Below are positions 19,317 to 35,044 of a stretch of 64,000 nt of DNA, one piece after another. The stretch lies in the NCBI GenBank assembly GCA_963774265.1, contig CAVZDU010000003.1:1-64000 (forward strand), given 5' to 3'. Each line of letters starts with the position of its first letter. Position 1 is the first letter of the stretch. A model generated the notes under the pieces. That model saw nothing but the letters and a program-made list of their open reading frames with translations, ran no database searches and was not told where the DNA came from. A program made the translations under genes and the position numbers. This DNA is from an uncultured Chloroflexia bacterium. GTDB taxonomy: Bacteria > Chloroflexota > Anaerolineae > CG2-30-64-16.

Positions 19317-20765
19317 GTAACTGTTCAGCGTTGGGGTAAGGGAGTTTAGATGGGTGCGGGTGCGCAGGCGGTCTGGGGTAGTTGGAGGGCGCGCAGACAC
19401 TCGGTCAGCGGATTCAGGCGGCGGGCCTGCCAGGTACCGAACACACTGGCCAAGGTGAAGCGGGTATCGGTGCCGGCGGCGGAGCGCGAGCCGCCGCTGA
19501 TTTTGCGCAGCACGACCAAGGGCCGAATGCTGCGCTCAGCCAGATTATTATCGGCTGGCACCTCCGGCAGGAGTACAAACTGAAATAACTCGTCTTGGTG
19601 GCGCAGCAGGCGTTTCGCCAGGACCGCACAGGGCTGGGCGGGCTCCAGCGCATACTGCTGACCCAGGACACAGGCGCGGGTGTGCAGGCGCAGATACTGC
19701 TGGGTCCGGGCCGCGGCGCTGGGCGTCGGGTGCTCGTGGAGCCAGGTCTGGGCGTCCTCGTAGAGTTGGCGGACGGCCGCGGCCCACGCCAGCACCTCCG
19801 CCGTCGCCCCGTGGGCCTCTTTGAGGGCATGCAGGTCGCGCAACAGATGCACCCAGCAGCGCTGATGGTGGCCGGGGATCGGGTTGTAGGCCGCATAGAA
19901 ATCCGTGACCAGACAACCCCGCCAGTCGGGACCCAAGACCCGCTGCGGCACGAAGTGGCTGCGGCCGGGATCGTACGCGTAGTAGCGCACGGCCGCCGGA
20001 CCTGCGGTCACAAAAGCCCAGGCCCAACCGTTCTGACCGCACTCGCGCCAGCTCGTTTCGTCGCCATGCACTACCGGGCTGGCCTGTACGGCCCGTTTGA
20101 GTTGCTCCGCGAGCGGCTGCAAGTGCTGCTGGACATCGTGCGCCAATTCGGCGATCTCCCCAATGCTGAGGTGCAGGCCATGCAGCGTCTGCAAGTAACT
20201 CTGCACCAGCCGCACCGGCAGTCGCAACGTCGTGCGCAAGTACGCCACCACGCTGGCGATGCGCACCCCAATCCGCCCCTGCCCAAATACCTGACCGCTC
20301 AGATCCAGTTGGGGGCTGCGCCAGCGCACACAGTGCGGACACCAGCGCTTCACCACCTGATGCTCGATCACTTCCACCGGCTGCGGCGGCGGCAACTCCA
20401 CCACTTCACGGCTATAGTCGAGGCTCTCGCCGTGCAAAGGATACTGGCAGTCCGGACAGCGCGCCAACGCATGCCGCTCGACACGCGTCGCAACCATCCG
20501 CTTGCGCGACGTGTTGTGCTCGGCCGCCCGCTTCTTACGCGGCGCGGGCGGGGTCTGAGCCTTCTGGCGATTCGGCTTTACGAACGCCGGCGGATCACCC
20601 CGCTGCTGCAGCTGCGCTTCCAGCTCATTGATCCGCGCTAGGGCGAGCGCTAACTGCTCCCGCAACTCGGCATTCGCCGCTCTCAGGCGCTCGAATGCCT
20701 GCTCTTCATCAAGGGTCATGCCCTAATCATGCCATAGCCTGTCAAGGGTAACGCTGAACAGTTAC
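19317..20765 (-). mobile_element. IS66-family element, single-ORF (ISBst12-like) type
   Basis: Perfect 16-bp terminal inverted repeats GTAACTGTTCAGCGTT at 19317-19332 and 20750-20765. Flanks CGACGCGT / CGACGCGC form an 8-bp target duplication with one mismatch. Length 1449 bp. Confidence 0.93.
19346..20719 (-). CDS. IS66 DDE transposase (TnpC)
   Basis: Coiled-coil N-terminus, CPDC...CPHC zinc ribbon, HGDET, VTDFYAAY, QRCWVHLLR, DNNLAERSIRP. Confidence 0.95.
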   Translation of the reverse strand: MTLDEEQAFERLRAANAELREQLALALARINELEAQLQQRGDPPAFVKPNRQKAQTPPAPRKKRAAEHNTSRKRMVATRVERHALARCPDCQYPLHGESLDYSREVVELPPPQPVEVIEHQVVKRWCPHCVRWRSPQLDLSGQVFGQGRIGVRIASVVAYLRTTLRLPVRLVQSYLQTLHGLHLSIGEIAELAHDVQQHLQPLAEQLKRAVQASPVVHGDETSWRECGQNGWAWAFVTAGPAAVRYYAYDPGRSHFVPQRVLGPDWRGCLVTDFYAAYNPIPGHHQRCWVHLLRDLHALKEAHGATAEVLAWAAAVRQLYEDAQTWLHEHPTPSAAARTQQYLRLHTRACVLGQQYALEPAQPCAVLAKRLLRHQDELFQFVLLPEVPADNNLAERSIRPLVVLRKISGGSRSAAGTDTRFTLASVFGTWQARRLNPLTECLRALQLPQTACAPAPI

Positions 20766-20966
20766 CGACGCGCCGGCGAGGCACCCACGCCGGCTTTACA
20801 GGAACCCCAACTACGGTAGAAACCTCGCGCGTTGCGCGATAATCAGCACAGAATTGATCATGCTCATGAATCTCTTTGACGCAGCCCGGTCCTTATGTTA
20901 AACTGCGAGGCTGGTGGCTGCTGATGCGTCAGCATCTATGAGCCGCCCTGAGGAGCAACTCGTTTA

Positions 20967-22793
<1,827 letters not shown>

Positions 22794-22854
22794 CCGGCGT
22801 CCTTGCTGATGTGGTTCAGCCAGATTAAGCTCGATTAGGGACCTGTTTGCACAT

Positions 22855-22883
22855 TTGACGGCCAACTGGCTCTGTGTTATAGT
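22855..22883 (+). promoter_or_regulatory. Sigma70-type promoter of rho
   Basis: TTGACG (22855-22860), 17 bp, TG-n-TATAGT (22878-22883); implies a ~250-nt leader. Confidence 0.7.
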
Positions 22884-23141
22884 AGGTTTACTAAAGTTTG
22901 TCGAATCCACCCACCCTCTCTGCTCTCTACTTGTCATTGCGGTGCGCGGCACAGGATCGTACTGGCCGCGTTTAGTTGTTGTCCGGAAGCAAGTTGGTTG
23001 AGAGATATCTGGATAATTCTTGCAGGGCTTACCCCCCATAACTGGGTACCCAACAGCTTGTGTGATTAGGCGGATGGGCCAAGCGCGCCGTTCGTTATTT
23101 TTGCTATACCTCTTTCTTTCCTCTCGACTGGAGAGCTGTGC

Positions 23142-24402
<1,261 letters not shown>

Positions 24403-24424
24403 TCGTTTAGCGAGGCACACACGG

Positions 24425-25530
24425 ATGCGCGAAAACACCGCAGGGCAGGGTATCCCGATTTCGCAGGATAACTGGGGCCCGGGATACCAACTCTTTCAAT
24501 TTATAAAGAAAATGCTGTCGCAGCGGGGACCGGAGGGCGCCACGCCGGTTTTGCGCGTGGGTTCCCACCTGGTCATCCTGTTTGTGGCCTTGGGCGTGCT
24601 CGTGGTGAGCCGCCTGCAATTGCCGGCGCTCGATATCGTCGAGGCGCCTCCGGCCACGGTTGAAGAAGTGATCGGCCAGGAGTCCGATGTCGTGCCGGAG
24701 TTGGCCGCTGAAGTGACGACCGCCGAAGTTTATGGTCTCACGCGCGCGCCGGTGCCGATCACCCTGATCCCCGAACGGGCGCGCATCAACGTGATCACTC
24801 ACACAGTCGTGCCCGGCGACACACTCTACGGCATCTCTCAGAAGTACAAGCTTAACGCTGAGACGATCATGTTCTCCAATGGCCTTGAAAAAAACCCGGA
24901 CCTGCTTCGTCTCGGGCAGCAATTGGCCATCCTCCCCGTTAATGGCATCCTGCACACCGTCGCGAAGAATGAGACGCTGGACAAGATCGCCAAGACCTAT
25001 AAGGTTACGGCTGAGGCTATCGTCACGTACCCTCTGAACCATCTGGATGCGAAGGCGCCACAGATCGCTGTGGGCCAGAAGATCATTGTTCCAGGCGCCA
25101 AGAAGGAAATCCCGCAGATCGCGACCGTCTATCGCGGCACTGCGCCCGCTGGGGCTAAAGTGGGCACCGGGAAGCTGATCTGGCCGACGTCGGGGTCGCT
25201 GACGCAGGCCTACAAACCGTACCACCGTGCGTTGGACCTGGCTCGTTCGGTCGGCACACCCGTCAAGGCGGCCGACAACGGCTATATTGTCGTCGCAGGG
25301 TGGAGCAACGCGGGGTACGGCAACTACATCGTCGTCGATCACGGCAACGGATTGCAGACGCTTTACGGCCATCTCAGCCGGATCTTCGTCCGGCCTGGCG
25401 ATGTGGTAACGCGCGGCGCAGTGATCGGCAATATGGGCAACACCGGCAATTCGACCGGCCCGCACCTCCACTTCGAGGTCATCAAGCGAGGCGTAAAGAT
25501 CAATCCTCGCACGTATCTGCCTAATATAGG
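24425..25530 (+). CDS. LysM x2 + M23 peptidase family protein
   Basis: HTVVPGDTL and HTVAKNETL LysM repeats, HRALD, YGHLS, TGPHLHFEV. Homology ends at INPRTYLP; the ORF extension to 25693 is probably artefactual. Confidence 0.9.
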
Positions 25531-25534
25531 TGCA

Positions 25535-25571
25535 ATAGGTGCCCGGCACTTTCAAAGTGCCGGGCACCTAT
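25535..25571. repeat. Perfect 18-bp inverted repeat (REP-like / bidirectional terminator) between convergent genes
   Basis: ATAGGTGCCCGGCACTTT-C-AAAGTGCCGGGCACCTAT. Confidence 0.75.
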
Positions 25572-25574
25572 ACG

Positions 25575-28500
25575 CTACTGGGACGCCACCAACTGCACCG
25601 TCACCCGAGCCTCGATGTACTGCCCACCGGTATCGTACACCCTCAGTCGCACCGTGTACACTCCTGACGCCATGCCCTGTGTGTCTATGCTAACCAGGAG
25701 CCCATCGGTCACCGGCGTCGTCGACGCCATACCTAGTGGCATCCAGCCTGTCTCGCCCGGTGCGTCGCCGATGGCATAATCGAACTGGTAACCCGCAAAT
25801 CCTGGCCCATCCGCGATGCCCAGTACGTCCACAATGCCACTGACTTGTGCGCCCGGCTGTGGCTGAGTGATGGCGGCTCGCACCGATGTGGAAGGAGGCA
25901 AATCGGTTGCGGTTGCGGTCGGTGGCGCGACGTCTGTCGGAGTCTCTGTGGGCGTGAGCACGATCACCCCACCGGTCGGCGAGGCAGTCGGCGTAAGCGC
26001 CGCGGTGGGCGTCCCGGTGGGCGTACCTGTTGGCGTCAACTCGGGCGTGGGAGTCTCCGTCGCAGTCTCCGTTGGCGCAGGTGTCGGTGCTTCGAGCACC
26101 ACATAGACCGCAGCCGATGCCGCGACAGGGTAGTCGGTCTGGTTCGCGTCATAGTACGCAGCCAGCCGGATCGTGAAATCATTCGTCTCATGCTGGCTGG
26201 CCGTCGCCGCGATATCCCATTCACCCAGGCTACCGTCGATCTCTCGACCGAACGGATCGCCCGGATCCGCCCCATGCGGACCACTCAAGACACCCCAGCC
26301 CACAGGGTTCGGGCCCACACCATATTCCAGCCGCCAAACCAATGGCTCGGGCACACGGATGCGGCCCTCCAGCGCTACAATGTTTTCCGTGATCAGGCCA
26401 CTGGCCGGGGAACGCAACTCAAGCTCCGGCTCAAACGCGAGTGGCGCCTTCTGGGGTCCCAGCGCCGGGTAGCCGTGCGACTCAGCCCAGGCCTGGTACT
26501 TCGCGGGGAAGATCATCACGTTGCGTTCTTCGATCCGGTCCGCGGGCGTGAATTCGTTTGCGATCTGCCCGGTGACCCTATCGACGCGCACCTTTTGCCA
26601 AAGGTCGTAGCCCGCGGGCAGCGGCCCTTGATTGGCCGCAAAAACCTCATTGCGGCGCTTGTCCGTGGGGCAGGCCTCACTCGGCTGCGTGCCGCTGTCC
26701 GAGCACACATTCGTCGTGCCCACGCCCTGCGGCGCAGGGAATTGGCTGGGCGCGGTCCCTTGCAGACCGCGAACCATCACATCATGCCAGATGGGCGCCG
26801 CGCCCAACGAGCCTGCCAGGCGCTGCATCTCCGTGTAGTCCGCATTACCCACCCATACGCCGACCGCGAGATCGGGTGTGAAACCCATGGTCCAGGCATC
26901 GCGGTAATCGTTTGTGGTGCCTGTCTTCACCGCGACCGGGCGGTCCGCGAGGGTCATCACCTTCTGTGCGCTACCGAACATGGGTTGCCGGGCCGCGACG
27001 TCGGACAGGATCGACGTAATCAGATACACGTGCTGCGCGTCGAACGCGCGCTCGTCAGGCTGGGGGGTGATCGCCACGATCGTCGCCGCATCGCCGCCAG
27101 CACCGAGGCAGCCCTGTACGCTTTGTGCGGCGGCCCCGCGCCAGATCAGCCGCCCTTCGGCGTCCAGCACACAGGCGATCGGGCTGACCGCCACGCGTGT
27201 TCCCCCGTTCGCCAGGGTTGCGTACGCGCCGGTAAGCTCCGTCAGGGTGACTTCACCGCCGCCAAGGGCCAGCGACAGGCCATAGTCCGGCCGGGTCAGG
27301 GTGGTGATGCCCGCGCGCTGCGCAACATCCTTGAGCCGGTCCAGACCTCCGTGCTGCAGCGCTTTGACCGCCGGAATATTCAGCGAGTTTGCCAGCGCGC
27401 TCCGCACGCTGACCAGCCCGTGCTCCTTCCCATCATAGTTCCCCGGAACATACGGGCCGGCCGGGTCCGGGAACTGAGTCGTAATGTCCATCATGGTCGT
27501 GGCAGGCGTCCAGTAGCCCGGCGGCTCGATGGCACTGGGCGGGTCGGCCGCGTTCGGGTCCGCGTCCGGCGCGGGGGTGATCGACAGGCTGTCGATGCGC
27601 GACTGGAGCGCGACCCCCACGCTGTTGGCGTCTGTGGCAACTGAAGCGGGCATTTCGAATGCGGACAGGTAGACAAACGGTTTCAGCGCCGAGCCGGGTT
27701 GGCGCGGCTGAATGGCCATGTTGATTTGACCGCTGATTTCCGTGCTGTTGAAGTCCGCGCTGCCGACCATGGCCAGCACTTCGCCCGTCTGGGGCCGAAC
27801 CGCAACAACTGCGCCGTTGTGCGCACCCTGGTTTGCAAGTTTCGCCACCTGCTTCTGCACGGACTCCTCGGCCGCGGTCTGGAGGTCCGGGTCGAGAGTG
27901 GTGTAGATCTTGAGCCCGCCCTTGCTGGCAAGCTCCGGCCCCACCATTTCTTCAACCTGGCTGCGCGCATAGAGCACAAAATGCGGGTGTCGCGAATCGT
28001 ACACCTGGCGCAACGGCTGGAGCACCAGTTCCTCGGCCCACGCTGCGTCGGCCTGTGCGTTGCTGATGTAGCCCTTCTCCACCATCAGCCGCAGCACCAC
28101 GCCCTGTCGCCGCTTGACTGCCCCGGGCTGGCCGTCCGCCTCCCACAGCTTGGTGTAGGGATCGTAATAGGCGGGAGCCTGGCCCAGCCCGGCGATCATC
28201 GCTGCCTGGGCCAGGGTGAGCTCGGATGCATGTCGCCCGAAGTAGGTTTCGGCCGCGGCCTCGATGCCGTAGGCGAGATTGCCGTAGTAGATTTCGTTCA
28301 GGTAAATCCGCAGGATGGTGTCTTTATCATATCGACGCGTGATTTCAGCGGCTAGGATGGCCTCTTTTACCTTGCGTGTCATGGTCCGCTCAGCGGAGAG
28401 ATAGGTGAGTTTGACGAGCTGCTGGGTGATGGTGCTGCCGCCCGGACCACTCAGATCGCGCTCGCGGATGGCATAGTAAATCGCGCGTGCGATGCCCACG

Positions 28501-29374
28501 GGATCCACGCCGGGGTGCGTGTAGAAGTTCGGATCTTCCGTGGCGATGGTCGCGTCGATCACATAGGGCGAGATCTGGTCGAGCTGCACCACGGTGCGCC
28601 GGCCGTAGCTCGGGTCTGCGACCTCGTTGAGAATTTGCCCTGTGCGGTCGTAGATCAACGTCGACGCGAAGCTGCTCACGCGTGCCTGCAACTCGTCGGC
28701 CCCGGGTAGATCGCGCGCGACGCTGGCGTAGCCGACGAGGACGATGCCCAGGAGCAGCGCGCCGACGGCCAGCAGCACCAGGAGCGTGGCGCCGAAGCGC
28801 GCACATCCGCCGCGCTGTTGCGGAGCCCCCCCGCGCGGCGGGGCGGCGCAGGAGGCTGCTCACGCTTGCGCGCGGGTACAATAGGCGCCGCCTGGTAGGT
28901 AGCGGGTTGTTGCCCCTGTGGTGCACCGGGTTTAGCGCGGCGTTGCTGCTGCGCAGGCGGTTGCACCGCGACCGGCCGCGGCGCGGGTTCTGCCGTTTCT
29001 TTTCGCGCCTCACCTGCACTACGCGGCGCTGGCGCTGCTGTCGGTAGAACAGTCGGTGCTGGCTGCGCGGGCTGTGGCGATGAAACTGGCGGTTGCGGCG
29101 CCGGAGCCTCAGCAGGCGGTGTTGGCTGCTCGGCTGCCGCTGCTTCCCGCGGTTTTTGCGCGTCCAGGCGATGCCAGAATCCCGGGCCGGCGGGCCTCGG
29201 CAGAGTAGCCGCGCCGCCCATGCCGCGATCCTCGACCTCGACGTCCTGGTCCTGCTCGGGGATGACCTCCGGCGGAGTCTTCTCGGCAGGCTGTTGCGGT
29301 TCCTGGCCGGCCGAGTCTGTGCCGGGGGGCGTCCGGGCTGGCCGGCTGCCCCAGTCTTGAGATGAATCAGACAT
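25575..29374 (-). CDS. Class A penicillin-binding protein (transglycosylase/transpeptidase) with Pro-rich N-terminus and C-terminal Ig-like domains; apparent frameshift near 28790
   Basis: EDPNFYTHPG, GGSTITQQLVK, YLNEIYYG, PGSALKP (SxxK), SLN, KTGT. The Pro-rich N-terminus MSDSSQDWG starts at 29374 in another frame. Confidence 0.9.
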
Positions 29375-29575
29375 CGTTATGAAGCATCCTCGAATAATGA
29401 GTCCCGATAAGCGGGCAGTATGACAGTATGACACAACTGTGAATAAAGACGTAATGGTTGCGGCTTTGGTTGCACCCTGGCTTCCCCCAAAAAGGGGACC
29501 GGCTATCGAAGCCGGCCCCCACAGATTGAGCCCTGCGCTATCGTCAGGCATCAGCGCCGTGAAGACGGCGCCGCG

Positions 29576-30832
29576 TCACCCCACCGTTCCGCCGCTGGGC
29601 ACGTCTTTTCCACCGTAGTCTTTGGCCGTGACGCCCGGGTACACCAGCGCATTGCGCCCCAACTTGACGCCGGCCGGCACAACCGCGCGCTTGCCGATCA
29701 CGGTCAGCCCCGTGTTGAGTCGGCTGGGGAATTTTCGGTTGGGGGTCAGGTCGTCCCCTTCGCCGACGACCGCACCTTCCTCCACGACCACCCGCTTGTC
29801 CAGGATGGCCCGGTCGACCACCGCCCCGGCCTCGAATCTGCGCGTCGGTCATAATGATGGAATCGCGCACCTCTGCCCCGGCGCAACACGCACGCCCGGC
29901 GAGATGATCGAGCGGATCACCGTGCCCTTCGATCTGGCAGCCGTCGCACAGCAGGTTGCCCTGGACGCGCGCCTTCCGGCCCAAGGAACGCGGCCGGCCG
30001 CTCCTCGCTGCGCGTATGGATCACCCAGTTCGGGTCGTACAGGTCCAGCGCCGGGGTTTCGGCCAGGAGCGCCATGTTGGCCTCGTAGTACGCCTGGAGC
30101 GTGCCCACGTCTGCCCAGTAGCCCTGGAAGCGGTATGCGTAGACCTTTCCGATGCGCACCAGCGCCGGCAAGGACATCGCCGCCCAGGTTGGTGTCCTTC
30201 GCCGCCCGGCCCATTGAGCCAATCAGCCAGCACGTCTCGCGCTTGAAGACGTAGATGCCCATGCTGGCCAGTGGTGTTACGGGTGCGCTTCGGCTTCTCG
30301 TCATATTCGATGACCCGACCGGCCTGGTCCGTCCGCGATCATGCCGAAGCGGTGCGCCTCGAATGCTGGCACAGAGATGCGTCGCCACCGTCACGTCCGC
30401 ACTCGCGCTCGCGGTGGAAGCGCAGCAGCGGGCTGTAGTCCATCTTGTAGATGTGGTCGCCGGCCAGGATCAGCACATCGTCGACGGAACGGGTCAGGTC
30501 CAGGTTGAAACGCAGCGCATCGGCCGTGCCCTCTTGCCACGCGCCCGACTCGCCCTTGGTGCTCTGGTAGGGCTGCAGCAGCCGCACGCCACCGGTGGTA
30601 CGGTCGAGATCCCACGGGCGGCCCACGTCCGATGTGCTCGTTCAAGCGAACGCGGCTGATACTGGGTCAGCACGGCCACGTCGAAGATGCCCGAGTTGAC
30701 GCAGTTGGAGAGCGCGAAATCGATGATGCGGTACTTGCCGCCGAACGGCACGGCCGCCTCGGAGCGCAGCGCGGTCAGGACGCTCAACGCCGGGCCTTCG
30801 CCGCCGGCCAGGATCATTGCCAAACAGGACAT
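29576..30832 (-). CDS. Glucose-1-phosphate adenylyltransferase paralogue, GlgD-like (multiple apparent frameshifts)
   Basis: [63 protein letters not shown]; AGGAGG RBS before ATG at 30832. Confidence 0.8.
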
Positions 30833-30843
30833 GGCGCCCTCCT

Positions 30844-32107
<1,264 letters not shown>

Positions 32108-32230
32108 TACGCGCTCCTTCCACGGCTGGATATGCTGTCGCCGTTATCAGTGCGAATTGATAGGATGTCGCCGCATTGTCGCATGAAACACAACTCTTTC
32201 GCAAACGCGTGAATTTGAAGGACGGTCAAG

Positions 32231-32258
32231 ACCTTCGAGGTACGGTAACCTCGAAGGT
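32231..32258. repeat. REP-like palindrome, ACCTTCGAGG family (copy 2)
   Basis: ACCTTCGAGGT-ACGGTA-ACCTCGAAGGT. Confidence 0.65.
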
Positions 32259-32322
32259 TTATCTCTCTAGGCCTCATGTGACGTACGTCATAGCGCATTC
32301 TGCAAACCAGGTGTAGCATTAC

Positions 32323-32337
32323 TGCAAATGATTAGCA
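32323..32337. promoter_or_regulatory. Fur-box-like 7-1-7 palindrome upstream of feoA
   Basis: TGCAAAT-G-ATTAGCA versus consensus TGATAAT-N-ATTATCA; lies 5 bp before the feoA ATG. Confidence 0.6.
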
Positions 32338-32342
32338 ATAGC

Positions 32343-32615
32343 ATGAGCGCTCCCATGACCGACTCACCGCCTAACAGGCAGCCTATCAGGCTCATTGGCG
32401 ACCTGCCCGCCGGAGCGGGCGGCATCGTGCACGCATTGACCGGCGGGCACGATTTTTGCAGCCGGATGGCCAATTTGGGGTTCACGACCGGCGCACTCGT
32501 CAAAGTGCGCCAGAATTACGGCCGCGGCCCCATCGTCGTCGCGCTGCGCGGCACGCTGGTCGCACTGGGTCGCGCTGAGGCGGCGTGCATCCTTGTCCGC
32601 CCGAGCGAGGCCTGA
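32343..32615 (+). CDS. feoA: Ferrous iron transport protein A
   Basis: RMANLGFTTGALV...GPIVVALRGTLVALGRAEA. Confidence 0.9.
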   Translation: MSAPMTDSPPNRQPIRLIGDLPAGAGGIVHALTGGHDFCSRMANLGFTTGALVKVRQNYGRGPIVVALRGTLVALGRAEAACILVRPSEA

Positions 32616-34725
32616 TGACAGCACCCGTGGCTAGCCCGGCCCTCAGTCCCGAGCGTGAAGCGCGGCCAGGCCGCCCGAATCTGCGCCTTGTCCAACCGGT
32701 CTGTCACGATAGCGGCCCGGGCATGGCCCCCGCGCCTGACGCGTTGACCATCGCCCTGGTCGGCCAGCCGAACGTGGGCAAGTCCACCGTGTTCAACATG
32801 CTGACCGGGCTGAACCAGCACGTGGGCAACTGGCCCGGCAAGACGGTGGAGCAGAAAACCGGCGTGTTCCACCACGAGGCAACTGCGGTCAACCTCGTCG
32901 ACCTGCCCGGAACCTACAGCCTGACCGCCAACTCTGAGGAGGAGCGCATCGCCCGCGACTACCTGATCACCGAGCGCCCCGACGTCGTGATCGCGCTGGT
33001 CAACGCGGCTGCGCTGGAGCGCAGCCTCTACCTGGTCGCGGAGTTGCTGGCGCTGGACGTGCCGCTGGTGATCGGCCTCAACATGATCGACGTGGCCGAG
33101 CAGCACGGCATCCATGTCGAGCCGCACGTGCTCGCGGCCGCGCTCGGCGTACCGGTGATCCCACTTGTTGCCGCGCGGAACGAGGGCATCCGCGAGCTGG
33201 TCGGCGCCGCGCTCGAGCTCGCTGCTGCCCCCGCCGCATTCCGCCCAACCGGCCGGCGATCCGCCCCGAGCACCAGCCGGTGCTCGATCAGCTGGTATCC
33301 ATGCTCGACGGCTGCACGTGCGATCGCTACCGCGCGGACTGGGCCGCGCTCAAGCTGCTCGAAGGCGATGCCGAGATCACTCAGCAGATCAAATCGTCCG
33401 TATCGCCCGAGGTGTGGGACGAGGTCCACAAGCTCCTGCTGCAGCACGAGGACGCGTACCTGGACATTGCCGGCGGACGCTACGAGTGGATCGGCCGCAT
33501 GGTGCGCGCCGCGGTGACCGAACCGCGAGCCGGCGCGATCACGCTCACAGACCGCATCGACCGCGTCGCCACGCACCCCTTCTTCGGCCTGGTGTCGCTG
33601 CTGGGGATCTTCGGGCTGGCCTTCTCGCTCACCTACGCTGTCGCGACCCCGCTGTCCGGGTGGCTGTCTAGCGTTGTGCTCGGCGGACTGACCTCCCTGG
33701 CGCAGGTGACCCTGGCCGGCGCGCCCGTATGGCTTTCGGGCCTGGTTATCGACGGCCTGATCGACGGCGCGGGCACGGTGCTGACCTTCCTGCCGATCCT
33801 GGTCATCTTCTTCGCGCTGCTCGGCGTGCTGGAGGACGTCGGCTATCTGTCGCGCGGCGCGTACGTCATGGATCGCTTCATGCACCTGATGGGGCTGCAC
33901 GGCAAGTCGTTCCTGCCGCTTTTCCTGGGCTTCGGCTGCAACGTTCCGGCCGTGCTGGGTGCCCGCATCATCGAAGAGCGCCGCGCGCGGCTTCTGACCA
34001 TCCTGCTGGCGCCGCTGGTGCCGTGCACCGCACGGCTGGCCGTGCTCGCGTTCCTGGCGCCCGCCTTCTTTGGCGCGAACGCCGCACTGGTGACCCTTGG
34101 TCTGGTGGCGCTCAACCTGGTGATCCTGGCCGTGGCCGGCATCGTCGTCAACAAGGCGGCGTTCCACGGCGAGCAGACCGCGTTCATCATGGAGCTGCCG
34201 CTCTACCACGTGCCGAACGCCCGCACGGTCGGACTGTACGTGTGGAACAACACGACGTCATTCCTGAAGAAGGCCGGTACGTTGATCCTTGTGTCGTCTG
34301 CGGTGGTGTGGGCCTTGTCCAACCTGCCGGGCGGGGATGTCGAGTCGAGCATTTTGGCGACGGCCGGCCGTGCACTGGCACCCGTGGGCGGGCTGATGGG
34401 CATGACCGACTGGCGAATGATCGTCGCTCTGCTGACCAGCTTCTTCGCCAAGGAGAACACTATCGCCACACTCGGCGTGCTGTTCGGCGCACCGGAGGCC
34501 GGGACCGCGCTGGCCGCACAGGTCGCAGCGGTCATGGTCCCCGGCGCACGTCTCGCGTTCCTGGCGGTCGCCATGCTGTTCATTCCGTGCCTGGCGACGG
34601 TGGCCACGATCAAACAAGAGACGGGTTCATGGAAGTGGACCGCCGCGAGCATCGGCCTGCTGGTGGCGATCTCATACGGCGCGGGCGTGCTGATCCACCA
34701 GGCCTTCCGCCTGCTTGGGATGTGA
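32615..34725 (+). CDS. feoB: Ferrous iron transport protein B (apparent frameshift near 33250)
   Basis: GQPNVGKS, NWPGKTVE, DLPGTYS, NMID; membrane part GFGCNVP, PCTARL, FIMELP, FAKE, FIPCLAT. Confidence 0.95.
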
Positions 34726-35021
34726 TGAGAATGGTCGAGCGTGAAGCGAACCTGCCGCTGCGTCTCTTGCGGCTGCTGTCCGGCGGCGGCATCCGTTCCA
34801 CGTCCGAGCTCGCCCGGAAGTTGGAGGTCAGCGACGGCCTGGTGACGATGATGGCAGAGGACTTGACGCGGCGGGGGTATCTGGTGGCGTTGAGCGGTGG
34901 GGAGTGCAGCTCGGGGTGCGCGGGATGCGGCCTGGCCGCCGCGTGCTCCGTCCCGACCGCGCGAGATCGCTTGCCCCTGTTGACGCTGACGCCGCGCGGC
35001 CGGGAGGTGGCCGCGTCTTAG
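34725..35021 (+). CDS. FeoC-like winged-helix protein with Cys cluster
   Basis: SELARKLEVSDGLV...LTRRGYL followed by CSSGCAGC....C; TGATG coupling to feoB. Confidence 0.8.
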   Translation: MRMVEREANLPLRLLRLLSGGGIRSTSELARKLEVSDGLVTMMAEDLTRRGYLVALSGGECSSGCAGCGLAAACSVPTARDRLPLLTLTPRGREVAAS

Positions 35022-35044
35022 TGAGAATGGTCTGCTAGCTTAAC

